This document shows positions 51,111 to 64,000 of a stretch of 64,000 nucleotides of DNA, in pieces. The position numbers and the translations under genes were made by a program. Below the pieces are notes generated by a model, which saw only the letters and a program-made list of their open reading frames with translations, was not told the DNA's origin and did no database searches. Source of the stretch: the human T2T-CHM13v2.0 reference genome, Homo sapiens; the NCBI RefSeq assembly GCF_009914755.1, contig NC_060930.1. The stretch is one strand, 5' to 3'. Every line of letters begins with the position of its first letter. Position 1 is the first letter of the stretch.

Positions 51111-53492
51111 GGGGGTGGGGGGGTGGCAAGTGTAATGCCTTTGTTACACACTTTCTTCTTTGTAGGTGTGATAGTTCACACTGCCAGTGCATAGGAACTC
51201 ATCATTATCCAGAGCAATAACCAATAATACAGATCTTTGATCATTCTAATAAAAAATGCTGCCAAGTGTCAAAGCCATTTGTTCTGTACAATAAAGGTTG
51301 GACTAAACGCTAAGGTCAGTTCTAACCTTCCAAAAGTCTGCTAGAGGCATGTGTTTCCTTGTTATGATTTTTTAAGAAAGGATTTAAGAGTGTTAAGGTC
51401 ATTTCCATTTGAATTAGTATTCGAGGCAGGTCTTAAGTTGGGTGCCAAAGATTACTTAACAACTAGAGCTTGTGTTTCCATAAAACCGAAAGCTCACTCT
51501 CCTGTACTGGTGTTGAAACCTTTTTATTGAAGGCTGGATGCTTCTAAAATGGTACCTGCATACAAAGGTTTACAACTGATGTACAATTCAAATTTCATTT
51601 TCTAATCATTCAGTTTTGAGGAAATCAATAAGATCATTTAAAAATACTTTTGGGTTATGGTTTCTTAATTTTCTTAATCATCTCCTAGAATGTCAACATT
51701 ATTTCATTTTGAAAGTGTGCTTATTGTTTGCTAACCTTGAATTTGCATTCCCAAAGAAATATTGAATGAACCATTTTATATAGCAGTGATTTTAATCAGT
51801 GCCCTAACCAGCAAACTCATTGCAATTTAAGTTATGAATCTGATGATTTGGAGGAGAATAATAATTAGGTTTTTCTGTAATTCAATTATTTTCATTTGTT
51901 AGATAATAAATCTAGTTTTCTTTAGACCCTAAAGATAATGCCCAACACTATGAGAAAAAGGAAACGAATCTGCTTAAATGCGTTAATAGCAATTATAATG
52001 TTTTATTTGTATATTTTTACGTAAACTAAAGAACTTTTGAGAACAATCCTTTGAGATAAATGGAGCAGATTAGATCCATTTTATGAAGAAAGCAATGTTT
52101 TGTATTCATGTCTTGCTTAGGTTCATACTGATGAGTGACAGCCAGGAAAAGAATGCACTACGACTTGAAAGTTCTATAATGCTCTTTCATTAGTAATTTC
52201 GAGTCTTTCACTCCCAAATCTGTGAGTCCTAAGAGAACATAGTACCCTCTCATTTATCTGCATCAGTGGAGATGTATGTAAGAACATATTTCAAATCATC
52301 ACTTAGAGGCTGTGTTTTGGTGGGTACCCCTGAGATCCCCTCACCTCACTCCTTGAAGTTTGGCTAGAGAAGGACAGTTGATGGAAGGTAACTAGAAAAA
52401 TAACAAGGCGGTCTGCATCTGACTTGCTAGTATTGGAAGCAGAATTATAGCTGAATCTATATACTTACCCCAAATGCCCAAGTGCTTGCCTCTCCCCTAC
52501 AAAGTACATTCTCACAAGTTCCTTTTGATATTTACAATCAAGATTCAAAGGGACTGTTGACTCAGATCTAACTCCTTTCTTATTAACACTGCCAACTTGT
52601 ACTCAAATGTGTATTTGTAGCCTACCATTAAATCAATTGGCAGTTTCCAAAGCTAGAAAGGGGACTCCAAGTAATGAACTTAATTTCTCATACATAAAGA
52701 AGTCCTTTCAATTCCATTTTCTGCCTTTATGATTTTCGATTTTTATCAGTGCTATATTTGCCCTCAGTTTTGCTTTTTTTTAGCTGTTAAATCAGGAATT
52801 CGGGCTTTCGATGAGAAGGAAATTAAGTTGAGTGTTGGTCGTTTTATCTTGTAGTTCCTTAAGGACCTGACATGATTCAAGAAGATATATTTCCTTTTGT
52901 GGGGAGTGGAGGGGTGGTTAACATCAATAGTACTGAACACATTCAGATAAAATGAACATGAAGGTATTTTTGAGGTAAGTTATGGGACTTCTGATTATTG
53001 ATCAGCCTCGACTTATGTTTTGAAGACAAGCCAATTCATTTTAAAACAAGTTCAGAAATCCACATACCACCCTGTGTGGTGTGTCCTGAATTCCAGCCTG
53101 GCCCTGGGACTTTGGCACCACAAGGGCATGTGAACAGGGTGCTGGGAGAGGGCTGGCAAACGTGGTGCCACCCTGGCCACAGAACAAGTGTGCAGCGTCC
53201 TCTGTCCTCCCGGCCCTCTGCCAATCCAGGTGGTGTGGGGTTGGAGGCAGACGCCCAGCTGGCAATAAGATGGCTTCAGTTCTAGGCCTGGCTGTGCTCT
53301 TGACTGGTGGTATGGTCTGGGGCCAGCCCTTTATTGTATAGCGTCATTTCATCCCTATCTCAGGTCAGGCTTAGGTGGATCGAGTAAAATCCCGAATGTC
53401 AAAGTGCTTCTAAGTGTTGGTTGTTAGGGAGGTGTGAGGAGAGCGAGCCACTGAGTTAGGTGTGCTTGCAGCTGTTAAGTGTAGTTGATCAG

Positions 53493-53793
53493 TTTTTTGT
53501 TTGTTTGTTTTGAGACAGTCTCGCTCTGTTGCCCAGGCAGGAGTGCAGTGGTGCTATCTCTGCTCACTGCAAACTCCGCCTCCTGGGTTCAAGCAATTCT
53601 CCTGCATCATCATCCTGAGTAGCTGGGACTACAGGCGTGTGCCACCACGCCCAGCTAATTTTTGTATTTTTAGTAGAGACAGAGTTTCACCATGTTGGCC
53701 AGGCTGGTCTTGAACTGCTGGCCCCAAGTGATTCATCTGCCTCGGCCTCCCAAAATGCTGAAATATTACAGGCATGAGCCACTGCGCCTGGCC
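53493..53793 (-). mobile_element. AluS element (antisense)
   Basis: Dimer; near-TSD agttgatcagtttt / agtcaatcagtttt. Confidence 0.92.
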
Positions 53794-54334
53794 GAGTCAA
53801 TCAGTTTTTAGCCAGGCATTGTTCTGAGAGGAGAAGAGGGGGCAAACTTGGGGCAGGAGGAGGGTAGTCCTGAAATACATTTCAAGCTTGTCTGTGTTGA
53901 GAGAAGTATGACCCCCTCCGTAAATGTATTTTCTTTTTAGGTTTAAAAAAAAAATCCTATGTCATTGTTTAACAAATATTTCACAAAATAGTTAAATCTA
54001 AGTATATGCTTCATTAAAATGAGGGGAATATGTGGAAAGAAATGCAGAATTTATATCAACACATTGATTTTGGGGGGAAGGTTTATGGTAAGAACTTAGT
54101 GTTTAAATAATGCCTTATAGTATGCAGTTTCCTTTTGCTCTTCATACTACTCTAGAAAGTAGATATTACTCTTCACACCCCCCCACCCCCAATGTACAGA
54201 TGGGAGATGAGACTCAGGGGTTAGAAGACATGGTGCAGGTCGTACAGCAGGTGAGTGGCAAAGCTAGAACTTGAACCCACATCTTGCATGAACTAACTCG
54301 GGACCTGTTTGCATTATTTTAATTTTTAAAAGCA

Positions 54335-54950
<616 letters not shown>

Positions 54951-56434
54951 ATGGCTACGAGAGTATGTATATTTGTCATTTTCAAAAGGAAATTTAGCTT
55001 TTTAAAATCTGTTCTGTTTCCCAGCCCCATGAAGGCAAAGAGTTTTCACAGGTAATAGAATCTGCTTGAAGACATCACAAACTTGGGGAAGAGTTAGCAA
55101 AATCTAACTTCTACCTGGGAACTGTTGACTTACCGTTGGAATTGGGTCTAGTATAGCCAAGGAGATCAGCAATTCTGCTTCTGGCTAGTGTCCTTGGGAG
55201 GTCCATTTGGTCTATATGTGGGACAGATTTTCTTAAATGGACTCAGAAGAAAACCTGATCTGAGCTTTCTAAACAAACCTTCAGAAGATTCAGGATTGGA
55301 TTGAATCTTGTTTTGGATTCAGGAAGGACAACTCTTTTAAGAGCTGGCTTAAAGTACAGGATGGTGTTTCCATTCAAGTCAGACCAGTAAAGCAGATGGA
55401 TCTGAGTTAACCAGTCACTGCCTGTTGTTGAGGGACGTGCAACAAAAGTCAAGGTCATTGCCTCTTCCCCTCTCCCACCCCCAGTGCAGCAATACAGACC
55501 CGGCCAGATGCTGTAGATGTTTTAAACTAGCATAGCCATGCTTTTGACTAGAAATGAAAGACTGGAGGGAAGTTTGATAGCTCTCCTAGTCTCTTGTGGA
55601 CAAGTTACAATTTCTCTTGGCTTCGGTTGCCTCATCTAGAAAATTAGGAAGTAACTGTTTTCTAGGTTCAGTACAAACCTAACATTTTGACTAAGATGGA
55701 AAAAACCTCCAGCCCCCTCTGTGAGCTCTATATGCATGAAACTAGTTAGCTCAAGGGAAATTCTCCTTCTTAGACAAAGTAATCCTCAGAAGCAGCTTCC
55801 AGATGCTGTTATGGATAATGCCAGAAGCATATGAAATATATTGCCAATTTACTTAAAATGAGCAAATTCAAAGAGTAGTGGTTGAACCTCATGGTTTATC
55901 TACAGCTCTTGGTGGCTAAAAAGACCTATAATCAAAGTTGCTTGGGGAATTTCCAGGGACATGTTTCTTCTAGTACCTATACAAAAAATATCAGGACCTC
56001 ACTCTCCTTATTTGAAGCACACCATGGATTATTATGAGTGTGTTAGTCTAAGGGGCTTGTTATTAATTTTTTTCAGTATACATTGTATTTTCTGCAAATT
56101 GAGTTAAATTTAAGGTATATATATTGATAGCATATAGGATAGTATATATGCATGTATGTTTGTGTGAATGAGAAGATAAATAGGCACATCGACTTTGTTA
56201 CAAAATTTTTATTCAGTCTTTAATGAATTCGATTTTCAAAAGTAGAACACAAAACTACTTGTGAACTTTGAAAAACGGTAAATAAAGAAATAAGTTAATT
56301 AAAAAAACAAGTTAATTAAATATTCAAAGAATGCTTTAAAAGTTTTAAGAGTGGTCATACTAAAACTCAGTCCTCATATTTACATCTGATATCACAAGTG
56401 TGTCATAGCCAAGGAAGTAAAATAAGAACTTGTG

Positions 56435-56763
<329 letters not shown>

Positions 56764-57084
56764 TTACCTACCTTAAGGAAAACAAAAATGTGTGTTGATT
56801 GCACCTTAAAATGAAAATGATAAAAATAAGTGGTTGTATTCTTCTCCCACTCCCCATTCATAATCTGCAGGGTATTTCTCAAACAATAAATATCCTCAAC
56901 TGGTGTAAGAATGTTAATTTACTACTGGAGGGAACAGAAGATGACCTGGAAGCATTGTCCCAAGCTAACTGCTGAGGGCTAGACACTTATTTGAGGTCTC
57001 TGGTTTTATTTTTTAATTTTATTGTTCATTTAAACATTCATTAAAAATTATAACCTCCATACTATTTTGATTTTAATTAAGTAA

Positions 57085-57908
<824 letters not shown>

Positions 57909-58481
57909 AAAATTAACTTCTTAAAGATGCTTTATCTTTGTCTTGTATCCTCCAGTACCCCACAATACCCTGGGGTGTTACATACACCTGTTTGAGAAGC
58001 ATGAGCAAGTCTACTAGGTTATTTTAATCACCAAACATATATTGAATGCCTTCTTTGTACAAACAAATGTGTCTCAATTAGTTGTTTCAAGTGGCTTAGT
58101 TAGGTTTAGGAGAAAGAATACGTTGGTCTACAGAAAGAGGAATGACTGCATTGGGTCATGCCTGGTACATGCCAGGTGATTGGTGTAGACAGGTGCCATG
58201 AACCTGTGGAGAAGGAGTGAGATTGTTGGAACTTTTCAATTCACATTTCATGGAGATGATGCTGATCAGGGTGTTGAGAGACAGGATTGTGATCAGCAAG
58301 GGCATTACAGAGAGGAGGCATGATGACAACAGTGTGACATGGGGAGTGAGAAATAACTGAATGAAACAGAAATAAAGCACCTGTGGGGTGCAGAAACAGA
58401 GAACCTTGAGTGCCAGGCTCCCGTGTTGACAGGTTCTTTTTGGGGTGAGGAGCCATTTCAGGGTTCTGTGCTTGAAGAGTG

Positions 58482-58785
58482 GGGTGAGGTGCAGTGACTC
58501 ATGCCCATAAACCCAGCACTTTGGGGGGCTGACATGGGAGGATCACTTGAGCCCAGGAGTTCGAGACCAGCCTGGGCCACATGGCAAAACCTTGTCTCTA
58601 CCAAAAGTTACAAAAATTAGCCAGGTGTGGTGGCATGCACCTGTGGTCCCAGCTACCTGGAAGGTTAAGGTGGGATGACCACCTGAGCCTTGGGAGGTCA
58701 AGGCTGCAGTGAGCCGTGATGGTGCCACTGCACTCCAGCCTGGGCAACAGAGTGAGACCCTGTCTCAAAAAAAAAAAAAAAAAAA
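58482..58785 (+). mobile_element. AluJ-like element
   Basis: Dimer with long poly(A). Confidence 0.92.
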
Positions 58786-60107
58786 GGTATGTGCAAAGCT
58801 ACATTTTAGCAGGTTAATCTGACAACAGTCTGTTGGTTAAATTGCAAGGAGAGAAGCTGGAAGTGGCGTGGCCAGTTTGAGGACAGTACTACAATAGTCC
58901 AGGTATCATTTAATGAGAGCCTGATCCAGGTTGGTGTCTGCAGGGAATGTCAGGGGAAAGCAAATGAGAAAGATCTTACATAAAACAAAACCAAACCCAA
59001 TAACACTTTGGTAACTATAGCATCCACCAAACTAGTGCTTTAAAAAAGTTTTCCATTGTAATGTTGTTTTGTACTCGAACATGTTACTGTATTGAATATT
59101 AAAACCTCCATAAAATTGCTATCAGTCTTTACTCAGAGCCAGCTTAGAAAGGGTTTCATTAATGTGAGGCTTATTCATAGGACTCACCCTTAAATCATTT
59201 TTGGAACAAAGCAGGGAATAAATACAATTACTCATAGGGTATGCTGAAGGAGCAGCCAGATTGGATGCATAAAAACTGAGTGGGAGATGCATTTCTACTT
59301 TGTTTTATAACTTTAGTTAATTCTTATGAAAGTAGGGGGTACAGGAGAGTTTCTTAGAGTGATGAATTAATTCATTTAAGAAATGCTTTCAACCCAAATG
59401 CCTTCTCCTTTCTGGGGGAAAGCCAGGAGCACTGAAGTACATAACTAGCTTGACAAAGACGGGAAATGGAGTTGAGTTCTGAAAGTGCTTTGAGGAAGTT
59501 AATTGACCATGTTGTTTTCATTTACTTGGAAAGAAATTCTCTTTGAAAGTGCATGAGGTGTGTCTTCCCCTCTGCTGCCACTCTGTCTGCTCATAAGATA
59601 AACTGATGCAATCTGATGTTATATACTTCCATTTTGTATGTGAAGAACTAAAGCTTGTCACAAAACAACTTAATTATTCTGCTATAATTGATGATTAGCT
59701 TGTCCTTATTAGAATATTCTTTTGCCCTATGCCCATGGAAACTTTTTGCTCTCTGTAAGTCTGATAGAGTAGCTGTTAGAGCTCTGCTTAATGTGATTGA
59801 ACCCAGAGACCTGGGAAGAGAGAGGAGGAACACTGTATTCTGGTCAAATTGGCCTTCTGTTAATCAATATCCATTACTTTAGGAGGGGAAAGAAAGGAGA
59901 AGCTGCCTGTCATATGAGAGACAAGCACGGCATTCAATGCAACAAAAAGTGTAAGAAAAGCTCAGCATCCCTAGGTTTCTTGTGTGTTGATCAGTTAACG
60001 CTTAGGGAGGATAAGTGAAACTTGGAGACATGCTTGAACAGTTTTCCCAAATTGTTCCATAAATGTTGGAAATGTTCCTCTATCAATTCTGTTAATACAT
60101 ACATGGG

Positions 60108-60108
<1 letters not shown>

Positions 60109-60150
<42 letters not shown>
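60109..60150. repeat. (TA)21 microsatellite
   Basis: Perfect TA run. Confidence 0.97.
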
Positions 60151-60159
<9 letters not shown>

Positions 60160-61669
60160 TAAAACATGTGCATCACTTCTATATGCAAATGTTCCTCTAT
60201 CCATTATGTTAATACTACGTGTTGTATTGAGAGGGTGAAAATTTTAAGAATTGAGTTGTGTAGAGGTCTTTAATAAGTAAAAACAAACTCTGAATCTCAG
60301 AATGGTGTTTTTATCTGGTTTCCTCACAGTTGTTTCTTCATTGCCAGATATTTGTCTATTTCTTAGCCTTTTCAGATAATGAGCTCTTAGATTTATTAAT
60401 TTGATATTTGCTTTCTAATTCATTAATTTGGTCTTAATCTTTATTAATTTTTCTTCCTGCTTTTCTTGTGTTTTTTTATTGCCTTTTTTTAACTTCCTGA
60501 GTTGATTGCATCACTTATTTTCATTCTTCCTTGTTTTTTTAAAACTGAATTTTCCTTCCAGTATAATTTGATAGCCTTGAATAAATAATGTTATTATTGG
60601 TTTTTTCTGCAAAATAAGTAATCATTATGTTGATTTCTACTTTCATTTAACGATTGTTTTGGTTATGTAGGCTTTGGTTTTCAAGCATATTTTGTTTTTC
60701 CATAAAAAAAATGACAAATTTCTAATCTCATTCATTTTTGCATTGGAGTCTTGTTGCCTGTACAATCTCTACTTCTGGAAATTCACTGAGAATTTATTTG
60801 TGGAAAAAATTAGAAAATATTCCATAAGTATTTTCTGTGAAGGGCACAAAGTTTGACATATAAACATTGAATCTTGCTTATTAATTCTATTATACAATTC
60901 CATGTTGTCTTTGTTTACTATTAGCTTACTTTATCTACATGGAAAGAAGATGTTGGTCTCTCCATATACTCTCACTTTTATCGATTTCATTGTAGTTCTA
61001 GTGTTTCTTGCTTATGTGTCTTAAAATTATTTAATTTCAATCAAAATAACACTCACATTTTAACATATTAGGATATTTTATTAATACAAATTTAAGAAAT
61101 GATAGGATAAAATAAAACAAGAGCCTCTGACCTCTTCTTTCTATTTTTAGTAGACCCCAGAAACCCCTTTTAAGGATTTTGGTTTTGAGTTTATTTGGTG
61201 GTGTCTCTGCCTATCTAAATGGTATGTATACACCACAAATTCTTGCTTGGGAAATTCAAATTTGACATAACCACCGTATCAATTGATTTCTTGCCATGAG
61301 TTATGAGGATTTAACTCACTTATACACTCTCTCCTACCCTCCTGGCTCCTCCCAATGTTGTTACATCATTACTTTTCATTCCTTTCTTGGCCATATTTCC
61401 AGTCTTAGGAATTAAGACCTCCATTCCTCTTTCCATCAACTGTAGATAGCACCTCTTGACTCCGTACTTTATAAAATAAAGCTATGCCCATCTCTGTCCT
61501 TTTCTCTACCTCTCTTTCCATTCTCTCCCCATTTTAATTTGTAAAGTTTATCAATCGTACTTAAAAAAAATTTTTTAAACTAAAAACAGAAGAGGAAGTA
61601 TCAGTATCTAGTACATATTAAAATGCTCATTAAGTATTTGCTGTTAATGTTATGTTTATTATTATGAAC

Positions 61670-62345
61670 AGGGCAATGAAAATACTTTGTATGATACTAT
61701 AATGGTAGATACAATAATATGTATCTCAAAACATATTATTGTATCTACCTATTGTCCAAACTTATAGAAGGTACAACAAGAGTGAACAGTAATGCCAACT
61801 ATAGACATTGGGTAGTCATCATGTGTCAATGTAGGTGCATCATTTGTAACAAATATACAACTCTGGTGGGAGTGTTGATAATGGGCCAGACTATGCATGC
61901 TTGAGAGCAGGGAGTATATAGAAAATCTCTATACCTTCTGATATGGTTTGGGTGTGTCCCCACCCAAATCTCACCTTGAATTGTAATAAACCCCATGTGT
62001 CAAGGGCAGGGCCAGGTGAGATAATTAAATCATGGGAGCATTTCCCCTGTACTGTTCTCCTGGTAGTGAATAAGTCTCGTGAGATCTGATGGTTTTATAA
62101 ATGGGAGTTCCCCTGCCCAAGCTGTCTCTTGCCTGCTGCCATGTAAGACATGTCTTGCTTCCCCTTTACTTTCTGCCATGATTTTGAGGCCTCCCCAGCC
62201 TGCGGAACTGTGAATCAATTAAACTTCTTTCCTTTATAAGTTACCCAGTTCTGGATGTGTCTTTACTAGCAGCATGGGAACAAACTAATATACCTTCCTT
62301 TCAATTTTTCTGCGAACCTAAAGCTGCTTTGAAAAAAAAAGCCTT
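61670..62345 (+). mobile_element. L1MC-like 3' end, interrupted by THE1
   Basis: tgtatgatactataatggtagatac...atgtgtcaatgtagg..catcatttgtaacaaa...gaacctaaagctgct. Confidence 0.82.
61939..62292 (+). mobile_element. THE1C/D-like solo LTR
   Basis: tgatatggtttgg...actaata; TSD CCTTC. Confidence 0.92.
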
Positions 62346-62547
62346 GAAAAATAGAAGTGAGTAGGGTATATAGTATAGTAACTGAGAACTCTGCCTCAAG
62401 AGCCAGACCATTCTTATTTTTGACCCACTCACTCATTACTGTCTGTGTGACCTTGGACAAGTTATGTAACCTTACTGCTTTATTTTTTTTCTATCTGTAA
62501 ATTGGGAATAGGGGTTGTTTCTAAGTTCGATGTCTGGCACATAGTAA

Positions 62548-62908
<361 letters not shown>

Positions 62909-63287
62909 TTATTTTCTATCTTGTAATATAATTTGATCCTTTACACTTACATAGTCAACTGATTCTAAAAGGAAATATTTTCATTGTATGAACATTTAAC
63001 TATACTCATTATAGAGTCAAGCACTCATTATAGAGTCAAGCTGTGTGATATGATTATGTTTCCTTAACTAGATTGTTATTTCTGACTCTCACTAATTGTT
63101 CAAAATGCTGTATTTTGGACCATGTCTTTGTTAAGAAGTTTTTTGTTTATCCTGGATTTTCTGATTGCCTTTTCCAATTGAGAAAAGAAACATTTATCTT
63201 TAGTATTAGATCATTATAATTTTTAAAATTCCTGATTATTCTATATTTGCTTGAAATTTATTTTTTGTTTCAGAATCCATTAAAGTG

Positions 63288-63560
63288 CTTTTTTTTTTTT
63301 TTTTCTTTTTGAGACATGGTCTCTCTCTGTCACCCAGGCTGGAGTGTAGTGGCATGATCTCAGCTCACTGCAATCTCAGCCTCCAGAGTAGCTGGGATTA
63401 CAGGAGTGCACCACCACGCTCAGCTAATTTTTGTACTTTTAGTAGAGTCAAGGTTTCACCATGTTGGCCGGGCTGGTCTCAAACTCCTGGCCTAAAGTGA
63501 TCTGTCCGCCTTGTCCTCCCAAAGTGCTGAGATTACAGGAGTGAGCTACCATGCCTGCCC
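63288..63560 (-). mobile_element. Alu (antisense) with internal deletion
   Basis: Right arm lacks ~30 bp. Confidence 0.9.
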
Positions 63561-64000
63561 AAGGTGCTGTTCTTATTGGTTAATTCCTTTTATATTGATA
63601 CCCAAAATTTTTGTATAACTTTTTGCTTTTCTCTGAGTGTTGCGTATCTTTTTTTTTTTTTTTTTTTTTGCACTTGCGATTTTATAATGTATTCAGGCAC
63701 TTCCCCTTCTCAAATTCTATCTAGTCAATGGTATTTTCCCTTTCCCCAGTGGCTTCCCGCCCAGAGCCCTCCTTCTTCCTGCCTCCATCTGTACCTCTAT
63801 GGTCAGTTCCATAGCTGTCATGCTGAGACCTCCCTTCCCTGCTCCTGGTTCTGGTTGACTGTCCCCTGGATCCTGTCTTTCTTTCTTTCTTTTTTCTTGG
63901 TTTGTCCCCTTCCTTACTTTGCTGGAGTAAATCCTTAACTGAAATGTGTGTGGAAGGCAAGTGTTCTGAGTCCTTGCTTGTGTGAAAAATTTTTTTTTTG

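Overview
Primate (human-type) genomic DNA, AT-rich and dense in interspersed repeats. The + strand carries the last six coding exons of RNF144B (IBRDC2/p53RFP), an RBR E3 ubiquitin ligase. The exons are 9296-9400, 21390-21450, 38868-39072, 41324-41468, 45010-45099 and 46646-46786. They splice GT-AG in frame into 248 aa: end of RING1, IBR, RING2 with the catalytic Cys in NEGCAQM, a GxxxG transmembrane helix and a Cys-rich/polybasic tail ending HDPSTT*. The first ~55 codons lie upstream of the window (exon and residue numbering follows my recollection of the 303-aa protein). A ~3.5-3.8 kb 3'UTR follows, then ~13 kb of intergenic repeat-rich DNA. The rest is ~25 Alus, L1/L2/L3/MIR fragments, MaLR LTRs (THE1, MLT1), DNA-transposon fossils (Tigger, MER, Made1) and micro/minisatellites. 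Subfamily names are by eye, not by RepeatMasker. I found no convincing new gene or novel system. The best second-look items are an ~89-bp hairpin-containing duplication on both sides of the catalytic exon, a 31-bp pyrimidine minisatellite leading into a candidate poison exon or recursive splice site, two apparent L1 3' transductions, a perfect 19-bp inverted repeat, a poly(A)-site-dependent inverted-Alu 3'UTR, and seed sites for miR-99/100, miR-125 and let-7.
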